The position numbers were made by a program, and so were the translations under genes. Below the pieces are notes generated by a model. That model was not told where the DNA came from. It worked only from the letters and a program-made list of their open reading frames with translations, and did not search any database. 64,000 nucleotides of DNA from Epiperipatus broadwayi (lineage: Eukaryota; Animalia; Onychophora), in the NCBI GenBank assembly GCA_028023455.1, contig JAQFVV010000006.1, positions 372,001 through 436,000 of the forward strand. Reading direction: 5' to 3'. Positions 27,506-41,218 of this stretch are shown here, in pieces; position 1 is the stretch's first letter, and each line of letters opens with the position of its first letter.

Positions 27506-27882
27506 AATGAAAGATTAGAATTTCAAACATCTTACATGTTTCACTTTTCAGCCAAAAAACTTTTATTATTGATTACAGTTTCGACTGTACCATGCAGTCT
27601 TCATCAGATCTTATTCTATTCTTTCAATTTTCTCTATCCTCCATCGTACTCTAGAGCAAGATGGAGGATATCCAGAGTAAGATGGAGGATAGAGAAAGTT
27701 GAAAGAATAGAATAAGATCTGATGAAGGCTGCATGGTACAGTCAAAACTGTAATCCATAATAAAAGTTTTTTTGCTAAAAAGTGAAACGTGTAAGATGTT
27801 TGAAATTTAATATTATATATGAAGACAGCAAAAACAGAGGAGGAAGAAAAGAATTTAGAAGGACTATATAATGAAAGATTAG
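27506..27882. mobile_element. fold-back element with hammerhead motifs (family 2)
   Basis: arms 27519-27652/27674-27807; AATGAAAGATTAG at 27506-27518 and 27870-27882. Confidence 0.85.
27571..27610 (-). ncRNA. minimal hammerhead ribozyme motif (GUA site)
   Basis: gat CTGATGA a GACTG catggta CAGTC GAAA c t GTA atc; the + strand copy 27716-27755 has AAAA instead of GAAA. Confidence 0.75.
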
Positions 27883-29230
27883 CTGATTTGATTATGGGCC
27901 TGCTTTCTGAAAGAAAAATCCTAATGCTTGAAGCAACCTTAAAAATATTTTCAGGTTTTACTCGACCAAGATTCAAATCAAGGTCATCAACATGGCAAAC
28001 AGATGCACAACTACTCGTCCATGTAAGACTAATATTTTGTAAAGTTTTCTGCTGTATAACGGAACCTTTCCTCACCAAATATTTAAAATTTTGATTAATT
28101 AAACTGAAACAAGTTATACGACCACAAATAAGAGTTTCTTTTGGCAAGATTTTTTTTGCTCCCCCCAGTATAACATATATGTTAATGTGACTGATCTAAA
28201 TTTTTTATAACTATAACTTCCTCCCCACCCTTCTTTTTTTCCCTTCCCCCACTTCTCATATGTATCATACTCTGTAAGTATGCAAAATTAATCAATATGT
28301 TTGTTAATAAAACATTGTGAAAAAAAGATTTCTTGGTATTAATAATATAACCCTTGTTATTTTATAATTTTTTCCAATTTCATTTGTGTACTTATATGCA
28401 TGAAATGTAATAGATTATATTTATTTAACGATAATTAAAATTTTAAATATGATTCTTCACAGGATGATAGATTTTGTGAACCAGACTTTTAGCCATTTAT
28501 TGATTTGATGAATGATATCATGAGCCTTGCTTTTTTAATTCTCTCTTCTTTTATTGAAATATAAAAATAAGTTTCAAATTAAAACTTAATTTTCTTCTTG
28601 GCAAATATAATATGAAAAGTTCTCATGGTTTTGGGCCAGGTCTGAGTGAATTAAAGTTTTGCTTCATCCTTGATTATGCATGCCATCTATTTACAAAAAT
28701 GAAAATTAAAATATAAATAAATTTTGTTAAAAATAAACTTTATTTAGTTGAAAAATGGACTGATCAAGTGATTATTACTAAAAGAACATCAGTCCATGGG
28801 AGTACCAGAGTAAATTAAATGGAGCGAACAGTGTCATTCCAGTTAGCATCGAGAATCCATAATAGAAAGGTTAATATAAAATTTTAATCGTATCCCACAT
28901 TGCTTCATGGGTGCACTTTAAACTGATTTTTATAATCCTCTTCTGCTATGAAAACATAGATTTGCAGGGTATTAGTGTTCATATTCTCTGTCGCAATTGA
29001 ATTTTATAAAATATATTAATTTTACGGTCATTGCAAATTCTTGTCCTAGGAATTGTTTATTAACTCATTCAAATCACAGCAGCTGATTGTGGAAACAAAA
29101 ATGTTTACAAAATAATATTCAATATTTTAATTTGTTTGCCGTTTAAATATTTAGCTGATATTTGTAGATAAACATTGGACTATTTTGATCATCTAGTTGA
29201 ATTATTAAATGTTTTTAAAAAAATCCAAAC

Positions 29231-29413
29231 TATTTATATTTCCGATAGAATGACAGCCTGTTAAGCTAATTGCGCAGACGCTGTGAGAATGTTATTAATA
29301 AATGAATACCTTCGAACAACCACATTCTGCGCAATTAGCTTAACAGGCTATCATTCTATCGTAATTATAATCGCACGCAAGACGTTATAAAATAAATGCT
29401 TATTTATATTTCC
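29231..29413. repeat. short fold-back insertion with 13-bp direct repeat
   Basis: 36-bp arms 29243-29278/29326-29361 (1 difference); TATTTATATTTCC at 29231-29243 and 29401-29413. Confidence 0.8.
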
Positions 29414-29850
29414 CCAAAAACATTCAGTTATTGGTAATAAAAACACAGATTGTTACTCTGCATATTGGAAACCCACAAAATATTAGGCAGAGGGGGGGAA
29501 AAGCAAAAAGAAGAAAATTTAAAGATAACTCTTTAAGTTGACATAGTGCACTAAACTGTAATGTTTGGAAATCAATATATTGCCCTTAAAAGGCAAAAAG
29601 AAGAGACTATCTTAAATTAATGTATAAATTTATATTGATTATTGTTTTTAGTACAATATCTTAACTTGCAAGAGCAACTTCTTAAATTTAGGATTCACAA
29701 TTCTAAGATCACCCGAAGAAGAGAGGAGAATATTACTTAAAATATTATATTTTGTGTTAACCTGAAATTTTTTTCTAATATTTGAATGTATTTGGAAAAG
29801 TAAATGGAATTTAATTTTTTTTTAAAAAACATTTAATGGTCCAACTAGAT

Positions 29851-30696
29851 CAGCAGTTCCCAATCTGTGATATGCATACCCCTGGAGGTATGCGACAGAC
29901 CGTTTCAGGATACGTGAAAGTAATATTGGTAATTGCGGAAAACACCAAAAAAAGATGTTAAAATAATGACACAAAAAACAAAATTGTAGAATTTTGGTTT
30001 ACAAAGAGAAATTTATATGAAAAATGTCATTAGACCTGCCCACCACCAATCATATCATGTGATTACGCATGTATCCTCCCCATCTTCGCCAAAACTGTCA
30101 TTGTGTTTGAAAGTGGTCCATCATTTTAGTGTTAGCTGAAAAACTACCAGTTTCTGAAAAAGAAAAATTGATTAACTTTCGACTGATTTTTTTTTACAAT
30201 CTGATTCCAAACAAAAAAGGTCATTGACTTTTGGGCAGCAGTGAAAGAAGAGTTACTCAGTGATGAAGCAATAAAATGTTTATTATCTTTCACGAACCCA
30301 GAGCTTGTCAAAAGAGCATTTCTCATCTTATTCATATATTAAGAATAAATATCGCAATAAGCTTGACGCAGCTCCTAATTTGAGGTTATATCTGTCTTCA
30401 TTAAAACGTGGTTTTAAAAAACTAGGAACCATAAAACAATCTCAATGATCACATTAAAATTATTAGGAACCATGTTGAATTAAATAAAAAATTGGAATAA
30501 ATTGTTAAATGTAGAATCAAAGATAAGGTTAATTTGAGACGTTTGATTATTTAACTAACCTAAAAAATTCGAAAAATAAATTTTATTTTTTTTGAAAAAT
30601 GGATGAGGGTAATGAAGAGAGGGATATTAATCAATGGGTACACAAGAGGGAAAAACCTAATCAAGGGGTACATGAAAGAAAGATTGGGATCCGTTA
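29851..30696 (+). mobile_element. non-autonomous hAT (Charlie/Buster-like) element with transposase C-terminal remnant
   Basis: TIRs CAGCAGTTCCCAATCT / AGATTGGGATCCGTTA; 8-bp TSD AACTAGAT/AATTAGAT; ~30200-30455 reads DFWAAVKEE..AIKCLL...YIKNKYRNKLDAAPNLRLYLSS (hAT dimerisation domain, frameshifted). Confidence 0.85.
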
Positions 30697-33600
30697 AATT
30701 AGATAATGGAAATAGTCCAACATATAACTATAAGTAAAATGTCATTATTGCAAATCTTCAGAAAAACATCGTATATTTACTTACAATTTGTAATAATGAC
30801 ATTTAGAGACCTCTTTTGATAAACAAAGTCAATATTAAGCTTAAGGGCTTTTTCACGGATGCTTATAGTGACATATTACTATGATTATAAATAAAGCGTG
30901 CATTTGGATTAGGCCTATAAAGGAGTCACATGATGGCAAAATAAATATAATAGTTATCCTTAAAATATATATTTCTTACCTTAAAAGTGACAGACAATAA
31001 TAAATTCAAAAATAAATTTATATTAGTTTAATTACTTCTAAGTAATCCTTTAGAATAAGATATTTAGATATGTTTAGTTATCACAGAAATATTATAGGTA
31101 CAATATATAAAAATTTTATCGAGTTTGTGGAGTACTTGTAAAAAAAGCAAATAGGAAATAATGATCTGAAAGGGAAATAGGGATTGGTATACTTTTTGAC
31201 TGTGATATTAAGCACATTTTGCCGATAAACTAGCAAAGTAGCAGAGGCATATAAATGATGCTGTTACAGCAATTGCCGTTAAATTAAGAAGTCGTTACTG
31301 CAAGATGCTGCTGTATATGCACTCGCACACAGATTTGATAATTATTAAGAGTATTTTTTATTGTCTGCTCTCACTATGGTTTTGTTAATGATCTACTTGG
31401 ATAAGAAATAGAGAAATTGTCTAAAATTATAAGCTATTGACATCAGCTGATAGAATAATCATTTTATTTTGGCATAATAATCCTTTATACCAAATAGATC
31501 AAGTATCTTAATAAACAATTAAAAGATAATATCAGCCTAATCACTTCCGAGGTTCAACTTCTGTTGCTTTTGGAGGGTAAACCTGTCTTATTACTATACC
31601 AGTTTTATATAAAAAAAAATTATCAGATTGCTTTATTACTGGAGTTTATTAGAAGTTTAAGTGATTGAAGTTCCAGAACTGAAACTGATTTGAAGACCTA
31701 ACGCTCCAGAGTCACACTACTCTACGCAGGGGACCAGTTTTGGGAATTGGTGGAAAAAGACTATAATCTTTAAAATATCTGCCAAAAAATACCTCCATAT
31801 GGATAAGTAATTCTCAGATGATGTTTGTCTGATCTGCCAATAATGATGTCCTTGTAATTAATTTTAGTTATTGTTCACAAGGTTACGTATTTTATAACAG
31901 TAGAAATTCAGTGGGAAAAAGGTGGGCACTAGCCATATAATGTAGATGATTTATTATTAAGTACTAATTCATGAATTGCGCAACTACAGAAGTAAAATAA
32001 AGCGCTTAATCATTTTTATAAATTGAATAGATTGAGGATTGGATTATTTTTTTGTAATGTAATTCATTAGAAAAAATTTAAAATATGTTATTCTCATTCA
32101 ATGTATATATATTGTACCAAGATTGTATTGGCACATATATAAAATAATTTTATCTAAAAAATTATTAAAATAATAAATCAACAAATCAATAAATGTTATA
32201 AAAACCTAAAGAGTTTCTTTATTAAACAAAATGTGGTTTGCTGTCAAAACGTAAGATTAAAAGTCAAATAGTTTTCTCTTATTAGTTTTTGAAATAAAAG
32301 TTACAATTAATTAATTAAAAGAGGGAGGGGGGTTTTTGTTAGAAAAGTTAAACTAAAAGTTTTATAAAAAGAAGTAAAGAGTTTATTATTATTAGTTGAA
32401 AGTTGATTTTCAAGTTTAAAATATAAATCTCTTTTTATTTAAGCTAAAGAAAATGTTAATCCTAAAACTAGAATTGAGTCTAGATGAATTATATATGTGC
32501 GTAAATGATTGATATAAGTTTGTTAGTAAAATATATATGTGCTATGGTAATAATATATGCGTAATAAATATTAAAAAATAAATGAAAATCAAAAATATAA
32601 AACAACACGTTTGCATGGCTACTACTAATTAAACGATCTCAAAAACATGTAGTCAGAGGATTATCAAAGGAATTTCGACAACAGATATTGCCGGAGGATA
32701 TCAAAATGAAAACACGCGTCATGTATAAATAGCCAAATTTTTATCAGAGTTCAATTAGTTGAGATAATAGTTCAGAGAGTTGAGATTAAATCAATCAAGA
32801 ATGCAGTGTTAAAACCACAGGAAACATATGGATGTCTCTACCCTGAAGTCCAGTAAAACAGCAAGATCTGCCCGTGAAAATAATGTCTGTGTAACAGCTT
32901 AGAAATCCTCCGTCAATGTTTAACTGTCTCCAAGAATAATATCAACTAATAAGCATCAAATCTCCACATGAAACTTCAAATCTAACCGGTTAGAAATATT
33001 TCATCAAAAGCAGCAAACAGTAAGATGCATCCATGTTCAAAATCCTAGGTAAAACATTTTTCTTATATTCATTCTAAAGTAGCCATCGCATTCATAAAAA
33101 ATTGTCAAGCCTCCAGAATCGAATTATATGAACTCTATAGCACATAAAAATGAACTATTGATTTGTGTGTTCTGAATATATGTGTTTTATATTATTTAAT
33201 GCTTTATTATATATGTCAGTGTGTGAATTAATATGTGTGTGATCATTAGATAAAATACCAGAGTTATGTCATTAAAATTTACAACAGTATTTAAAATTAG
33301 TATATTAAGTATTAATTAAATAAATTGTCTTTACACTTAAGCTTTATTTTGTCGGTCAATTCTTTTTACCAATCTTTTATCAATTCTTTTCACCACTATT
33401 ATGAAACAATAATTTGTTATTGATTACAAATAACTGAGCTAGTCATGGGTATAGGTGTTGAATTAGTGGCCATTGTTCAAAGTGCGTTCTTTATTCATTC
33501 TTGGATAATTAACTGGTGCCCGTGTTTATACAAAACAAAAAAGTGCTTTGAACTTGGTGTTGAATTCAACAGTCGAGAAGAAGTTATGTCCTGGAAATGT

Positions 33601-35137
33601 AACGCTAGTTATATATTTTATAGCTATCGTTTGGACATACATACTCTCCGAGTATGTTCTTCTCTGCCTAAGAGACTGGTGTTTCGAACCTTTCATATTC
33701 GAACCCGGTACAATATATAATTATAAATAAACTTTTTAAAAATATGTAAAGATTAAAAAGAGGACCTGCATGTAAGCAAGAATTTTATTTACAAGATCAC
33801 AATTACATGTGGTAGACAATTTGATTCAGTTTGCGTAAGAATTCCTATTTCTTTGTGCATAACAATTTGAGAAATACAAAGAATTTTTTTTTTAATATTT
33901 CTGATTATTGTATGATGGATAGACATTTCACTATATAATAAGCGTTTTCTGAATTGTGATATATAATGAGCGATTTCTGAATTATAAGCTACGATAAAAG
34001 GAGAGTAATAAAACACTTCACATGCATCTTCATGAAATCATACCTAGAGACATCATATTGTTAGTTCACAATTCATAAATTAACTCTTGTATTTATTTAA
34101 TATCTGATTTCCACAATGAAATCTCATTCGCAATATAAATCAGTGGTCTGCAACCTCTGTGTACTCTCGGTCATTACATTGAATATTTTGTATCTCATCT
34201 TTGGGTCAAATGAATATATTAATGAAATAATAATTTCTGACAAAAGTTATATATAACATATAAAATGATAATAATAAAAATGCACTAATATGTTTATGTA
34301 GATAAAAAGTATTTTATTCTTTTATCAAATAGATAGAAATATACAGAAGTTATGTGAATATAAGTTAAAAATTTAACTACAAACTATAAGTTAGATTAAT
34401 TGCTTCCTTGCTGCTATTTCTGTCTGCATACTCAAAGTTTCTAAATCTGGTTTCTGACACATCTATTCAAACACAAAATTCCAAATTAACACATATCAAT
34501 TGATTTCTTAAAGGATTTAAAATATATTTCATTTGAAAAAAAGATTTGTTCACAGGTGTAAGATTAATTAAAACTAAAGTAGATCTCACTATTTATTTCA
34601 ATGTTAAAAATTGTCCAGGAAGACGTACCCAACATTAATATTTTATTTGTATATGTGGAACTTTTTCCAGTTTCTTTCTGCATTTTTTTAGACTTTTATC
34701 ATTTCAAATTAAAGCGCTTTTAAAATGAATTAATTCCATTTCCAGATTATTGATTCCCTCAAAATAAAAGTAGCACATCACTTGTGGAAGATTAATTTAA
34801 TCAAAATATTCTGGATCAAAAAATATTAATTGATAAAATAAATATCTTGATAAATATGAATCCATTGAAGTATCAGTTTATTTTGTTTTTGTCAGCTGTT
34901 TGATGGTGTTGATGCTAATCAAAAACACAGCACCATCATGCGGCTGACACAAGGGAATAGAAAACAACCAAAAAAACAACTATTTTTTGAACCAGCGAAG
35001 CATCCCAAGTAATTCATGGGTCACATGACTACAGATTGCTGACATAAATATTAGCTCTTTAATATATTAAATTTTGTTTTTGGTTATTAGAGTATCATTT
35101 GAGTATTTATTTACGTTTTTTTTTTTGTTTGTTTCAG

Positions 35138-35241
35138 AACGAAATTCAATTCCCGTTCAAGCTTGTATGTTATACCTTTTCCCCACTAAAATATTAAGTC
35201 ATTTGACATCATGGAAGAGTTTAGTATATGAAGACTTTATT
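35138..35241 (+). CDS. THOC5: THOC5 exon
   Basis: (E)RNSIPVQACMLYLFPTKILSHLTSWKSLVYEDFI, cf. EHGIVPV...YLFPAKVVSRLVKW; TTTCAG/GTAAGT. Confidence 0.93.
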
Positions 35242-35259
35242 GTAAGTATATACTTTTTA

Positions 35260-36076
35260 TAAATATATTAAATAACCTCAATACTACCACATATTCTTTT
35301 AAACTCATATAAAGATACCACAAAAGACAAATGATCCCCAAGATGCATTTCATGCTGAACCAGCACTCATCAGTTGGTCCAGGTCACCATCTCTCATATA
35401 TATCTCTATTATATGAAAAATATCTATATTAAATAATTACATTTTGAATTACAAGTGTCAAACTATCTTTGACATCATCCATTTTAGATAAATACAGTAA
35501 TGATTATTACTAATATAGATAAATATACTAATATATTATTTTAAAAAAAGAAGAAAATTACCGTTTACATTAACTGAAATAATCATACAAATATATAAAC
35601 CATTACACAATTACAAATATCCTGTAACGCCCTCTGATTAAAAGTCTATATCTCAATAATAGAGAATTTCAAAATGATACCGTTGAAGTTGTACGCTAAA
35701 TGATGTTAAATATTGAAATACAAACCAACTTAAACACAGAGCATGAAATTTTTAAATAAGCAAATGATCTTAAATTTTGCTAATAAACTAACATGTTTAC
35801 AAACTTATTAAAGACAAACTAAACATTATATTTTAATCTTTAAATATATTATTAATATAGATGGTGACCTGGATCAATTGATGAGTGCTGATTCAGTATG
35901 AAATACATCTTGGGAGTCATTTGCCTTTTATTGCATCTTTATTTATGTGAATTTAAAAGAATATGTGGTAGCAGTGAAGTTATTTAATATATTTAAAGAT
36001 ATTGCATGTGAGAAAGAGAAATGTGAATAACTCCGCGTGTGTATGTGCTTAATTTAAAAAAAATCAAATATATTAA
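35260..36076. mobile_element. fold-back element with hammerhead motifs (family 3)
   Basis: arms ~35260-35400/~35855-35995; possible 11-bp repeat AAATATATTAA at 35261-35271 and 36066-36076 (AT-rich, weak). Confidence 0.75.
35338..35377 (-). ncRNA. minimal hammerhead ribozyme motif (AUC site), best-formed copy
   Basis: CCAA CTGATGA GTGCTG gtt CAGCAT GAAA tgca TC TTGG: 4-bp stem I, 6-bp stem II, palindromic ATGCAT stem III; the + copy 35875-35913 has TTGATGA. Confidence 0.85.
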
Positions 36077-38104
36077 TCTTTAATTGAGTTTTAAAGCTTA
36101 TATCTGTGCTAGAGACAATCTCTAGTTTAGTAAATGATTAGTAATAATCATTACTGTATATATCTAAAGTGGATGGTGTCAAAGATGTGGGTTGAATTAG
36201 TTTGATACTTGTAATTCAAAATTATATATTTTTTATGTTTTGGCAATACTTTTTTTGGTTTATTCAGTATATAGTAGTCTCTCCTATTCGTGACATTTGA
36301 TTCTAAGCTGTGACATAGATACTGAATTTCATACATAATAGAAAATCATATATAATTTGTATTTTTTGACACACATAAAATCATAAATGTTTCAGCATTT
36401 AGATAAAGTATGTATAAACACCTATAATACAATTTTATTATTACAGTACATATTAAGACATCAACAAAACCAACAAAAAAGTGTATAAACTATTAGCAAG
36501 CAGTCATACATAAATATCGCCATTTCACCTCAAAGAAATAAAGATAAAATAATGATATACAAAAGATGGGCTTTGCAATGAGCATAAAAACCAATCTGTG
36601 AACTACAAATATATTCATGTATAGAATACTTTGGTACATTATTCATTTGATATTTTGTGAGGCGGTCTTTTAACTCTGTAAAAAACTTATTTCTGAAATA
36701 TTTCACTATCATAATTGTAACTCTCCAATGTATTCTAATATCCATTATATCTTCCCAAAGAAAAAAATCAACATTGCATTTTTTTCAAATGTCTTTGAGA
36801 TAATCCTACACAGTAAATGAGGTCTACAAAAACCATGCTCAAGTCTACCATAAAACGACTCACACATCCAATCCAGCGAAGATGTAATTTTTCAAATAGT
36901 GGACTTTATGATATTATGTCGAGAAAGTTGAAGAACATATTGATGAGTCTTATAATCTCGCCATTTTATTTTTAATATTTTTTGAAGCATCCTTAAATGA
37001 AATTTTTCTAATGCCTTTTTAATGTTATGATAATTGGATCTCCAAGTCTCACTGTTGTACAATCAGTAATACTTTAATAATGAATAAAGTTAATTCTGTA
37101 CATTTTTTAAAAAAAAAAACTTTTTTTATCTATTAAGCACGTGAAATAAAAGAAATTAAAAAAAAAAAATAGAAGGCTAAATATCCCCACCTCCAAAAAA
37201 AAATAAAAAATACTGAAAATTTTTTACCTCCATTGTTGTTGAATTGACATAAAAATGAAAGCGATATTAAATTATAATTTTATTTAGAAGGATTACATCA
37301 GTTACTTGCTTATGACAGATTGTAAATGTAATGATCAGTGTTTGCATTATGAAGTAAAAAAATTAAAATTTATTTTTAATGCTTTTATCTACTTAGAAAT
37401 TGTTTGTTTGGCAATACTTTTGAAACCGATTTTTAACATATTTCTATGTAATAGATTTTCCTCAAATTTTATACACATGTTAAGTATCAATGACTAAGCA
37501 ATATTTCAGGGGTTGTCCAGCCTAAAAATTTTTGCATGATAAATTTCAAACTACACTGATATTGTATCATACGTTTTCAGTGATGGCAATAATTATTGCG
37601 ATATATTTTTTAAAAATACATTTTCATTAAATTTCACAACTAATTCACTAAAAAACATTTCCAGTCAATTAAATAGAAAGGAAAAAAAAAATGAGTATGA
37701 AATCTTAATTTTGTTTGATTATTTAACTAAACTTGCTTTTTTAAAAATGCTACCTTCATAAATTTAGCACGTGCTAATTTCATTTCTGATCATGAAAATA
37801 AGAGGGCAGTGCTTACATTCTCAGATTTTAAATTTGAATACTAATAGTTACAAAAAGTTTGTTGTAAAACATCTGAATCCTAAAAAATATATATATAAAG
37901 TATTTTATGATAAACGCTTATATTTAATTTGATCGACAATGCACTAAAAGCCAAAAATAATTTTTTGGTTTTTATTGCATTATTGATCAAATTAAATAAA
38001 AACGTTTATTTTAAAATATTTTTTAGATATATTATTAATTTGTAATGACTTTATTCAATTTTTTTTATTCTGAATTGATGATATGGAAATTCAGGATACA
38101 AGGG

Positions 38105-39268
38105 AATAGTCTATAATAGCGTGTTGAAACTGCTTGATGGTGTAATTTCTATGCAAATGCACAGAAATATGCCGTTAAGTGTCCGCGCCGCTAGATAACG
38201 TTCTATTCCAATGTTTAAGCATAGAAATAGTCAGTTTAACCTGTCTGCGGCATCTATTTCTATGCTACAGCACAGAAATAGGATGTTTATTCTGCCGCAG
38301 GATGCAGTCGTTTACGGTGAATTTTGTGGTACACAGTTTATACGAACAATCCCATTAAAAATTTTGCTACAGTATCTATTTGTATGCTACAGCACAGAAA
38401 TAGGACGTATTATTCTGCCGCAGTTTATACAAACTAATCCCATTATTAACATTTACAGTACACAGCACAGACAGTAGGATGTTTATCTGCCGCAGCGGCC
38501 GTTGCCATTTATGGTAAACTTTGTGTTACACAGTTTATACGAACAATCCCATTTTAAATTTTGCTACGGTATTTTGTGAGGGTGTCTATAATTGAAACTG
38601 TCAAAATTGTTCAAATTCGCATGCCCAAGTCATTATTTTCCAAATCCAATGATGTAGTATGAGGTAATAAAAATTGTGGAAACTTTGACCCGCTTCTCTA
38701 GACAAAGATGACACTTTAATCAATTGTCAAAGGGGAGGTATAAGCGTGATTTTTAGGAAATCACGCTAAAATTCACGTTTGCGTGAGATAAATTGTGAGA
38801 CCAATCTAAAATACCGGTTTTATTTTTGGCCAGGATGTTGTTTTGAATAAATTCTTGCATTTTTTTATTCTTGTTAAAATTACAAATTATATTTGCGTGG
38901 CCATGATGTTGTTTATTTGTTTTTATTCTTGTTAAAATTAACAATTTTATTTGCATGGCCATAATGTTGTTTTGGAGAAATTATTTATTTTTCTTCATGT
39001 TAAAATTTGATTTGCATCAATACGATATTGTTTTGATTTGTTTTTATTCTTGTTAAAATTACAAATTTCATTTTAGAAAAAAAAAAGGTTTATCCAATGT
39101 ATTTTTTTATTTCTTTTAGATAAATTTCATTATTTGTGATTTTATTGTAAATTAAAAAGGAACTTTAAAGTTGAAAAAAAGAACAATGGCCTGGTAACAT
39201 TATAACTCTGTTTATTTACATAAAAATTACACCCTCGAGCGGTTTCAACACGCTATTATAAAACTACC
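38105..39268. mobile_element. ~1.16 kb TIR element (Merlin-like) with internal tandem repeats
   Basis: TIR core TATAATAGCGTGTTGAAAC / GGTTTCAACACGCTATTATAAAACTACC; left tip degenerate, no TSD visible. Confidence 0.7.
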
Positions 39269-40271
39269 GTATTTTTCTTAGCACATATTATTTTAGATAG
39301 TTGTTCTAACCATTAGCTTAAACAAATAATCGGCAATTATTAAAATTTATATTTGATGTTGTATGTTATTAAATGACTTTTTTACAACTTCATTTACGAT
39401 TTAAGCCTTCACAATGTTTTCTGTTACTTTATTGGATTTGTTATCATAGAAATTATACCATATAATTAAAGTTTATAAAATTCTATACTCTTCTCCCAAG
39501 TTTTTTAAGAAATCAAAAATTTAAATCATTATACATATTTGAATTATTTACATAAGCATTTTATCAGCAAATACTTTTGAAAAATAAAATAAATATATGT
39601 ATGTACATTAACATAAACAGGTGCATTACTATTAATCTGGACTCTTGTTTTCCAAGCCATTTCCATTAACGATTTTGTCTGAAGAATTCAATGCTACTCT
39701 TCTTATCATTCTATTCTTTTTTAAACCTCCCATATACCTAAAAATTATTTCACGGAACAAATAAGCTTAAAACCGAGATTCTCAGCTCATTTTTAAATAA
39801 ATCTATATACTTTTTGTTATATTAATGGTAATTTATTTGTCAGTTAAAAGGTGATCACATTTACCTGATTTTCAGTTTATTATATAGTAATAACCCAAGC
39901 ATTGATAATTGAAAATGGCTGAAATTTTTTGTTTGTGGTGATTTTTGTTTTTAAATTAGTCAATCCAGTTTACAGTTTCAAATACTAATTTAGCTGAAAT
40001 GTTAATGATTTTAACTATTATTTACAGATTTACTTAAAAATGATTTTTTGAGTTGCATTGTAAATTATTTTAATGATGTATTCAGACTTGTTTGTTCCAT
40101 GAAATAGACTTAATATTACATATTGATCAACCGTAAAATCTTTAGTAGTGTATATATACATATTTGTTTGTATATAAATAAATAAAAATTTTATTGATAA
40201 GTTATCATCGCCTCCCCCCTCCCCAACTTTTTTTATATTCATTCAAATCTATTGTCAAAAACTTAAAAAAT

Positions 40272-40370
40272 GTCAAGCATTGGTGGTCGAGAGGTCAGCG
40301 ATGACTGATTCACAAGCAGTTGTCTCGGGTTAGCTTCCCGGATGATGCTATGACCCATGAGAAAAAAAAA
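40272..40370 (+). mobile_element. tRNA-Gly-derived SINE
   Basis: GTCAAGCATTGGTGGTCGAGAGG...GGGTTAGCTTCCCGG...TATGAC + A tail; flanked by ACTTAAAAA(A)TGT. Confidence 0.8.
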
Positions 40371-40846
40371 ACTTAAAAATGTAGCCAATTTCATGTCAAC
40401 TGATTTAGAAATAATCCTACTACACACATCCAAATTTTAATTAATGAAAGCTATTCCCCTCCCCTTTTTGTAATATGTAATAAATGATTATTTTTCCATA
40501 AAAAAATAATAAAAAGATCAAATTCAAACTTAGCACTTACATTAGTTAGCTCTATTATTACCTTGAGAGTTTATTTAATTTTTTCTTTTATATTTTTGTA
40601 TATGTATATATTTTCATTTATTTAGTATATTTATTGTTGTGTTTTTAATATGTATTCAAGAAATAAAGTGTATTTAAGCAAACCCAAATTTGTACTAAAA
40701 TAATAAATGAAAGTTTAAAGTTTCATTTTTTTGAATGGTAGTTGTTGAATTATAGGAAGCACGGTATTAATATTTGTTGACAAATACTACTCTATGATAT
40801 TTTATTAATATTTAATTTATGTTTATTATAAATTATATATTTACAG

Positions 40847-40934
40847 TCTTTGCCTTATTGCAAGCATCTCGTAGAAGCAGAATTAGTTGATCCAAGTGAT
40901 TGGTTTTTTCTCGCCACTGTTGAGAGAGGCACAG
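40847..40934 (+). CDS. THOC5: THOC5 exon
   Basis: SLPYCKHLVEAELVDPSDWFFLATVERGT, cf. IERGT; phase 0-1. Confidence 0.93.
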
Positions 40935-41011
40935 GTAAAAAATGGAACAAAATTTATCAATACATTTTTGATTTGCATATTTAAATGTTGATTATTTTTA
41001 TTATTTTAAAG

Positions 41012-41127
41012 CAAAATTATGGGCTGCAATCGTAATCAGTCCAGATTATCCAGAAACTGCTCCAGTGTTTGCTTTAAATATTTTATGGAAGCATGAAAGA
41101 AATGCTCTCAATGACGACAATGTTCGG
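41012..41127 (+). CDS. THOC5: THOC5 exon
   Basis: (A)KLWAAIVISPDYPETAPVFALNILWKHERNALNDDNVR, cf. AKLQAAVVLNPGY...NDDNIR. Confidence 0.95.
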
Positions 41128-41218
41128 GTAAGTTGTAATATTGTATCAAGTAGAAGTAATAATTATTTAATAAATGATTAATGAATATTGATGTTGAGGA
41201 TTCCTTTTTTTTAATTAG

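Noticed and set aside
27467-28147. Longest ORFs in the track (82, 178 and 91 aa)
   Set aside because: Arise from the palindromic hammerhead element; repeated peptide text on both strands, no homology recognised
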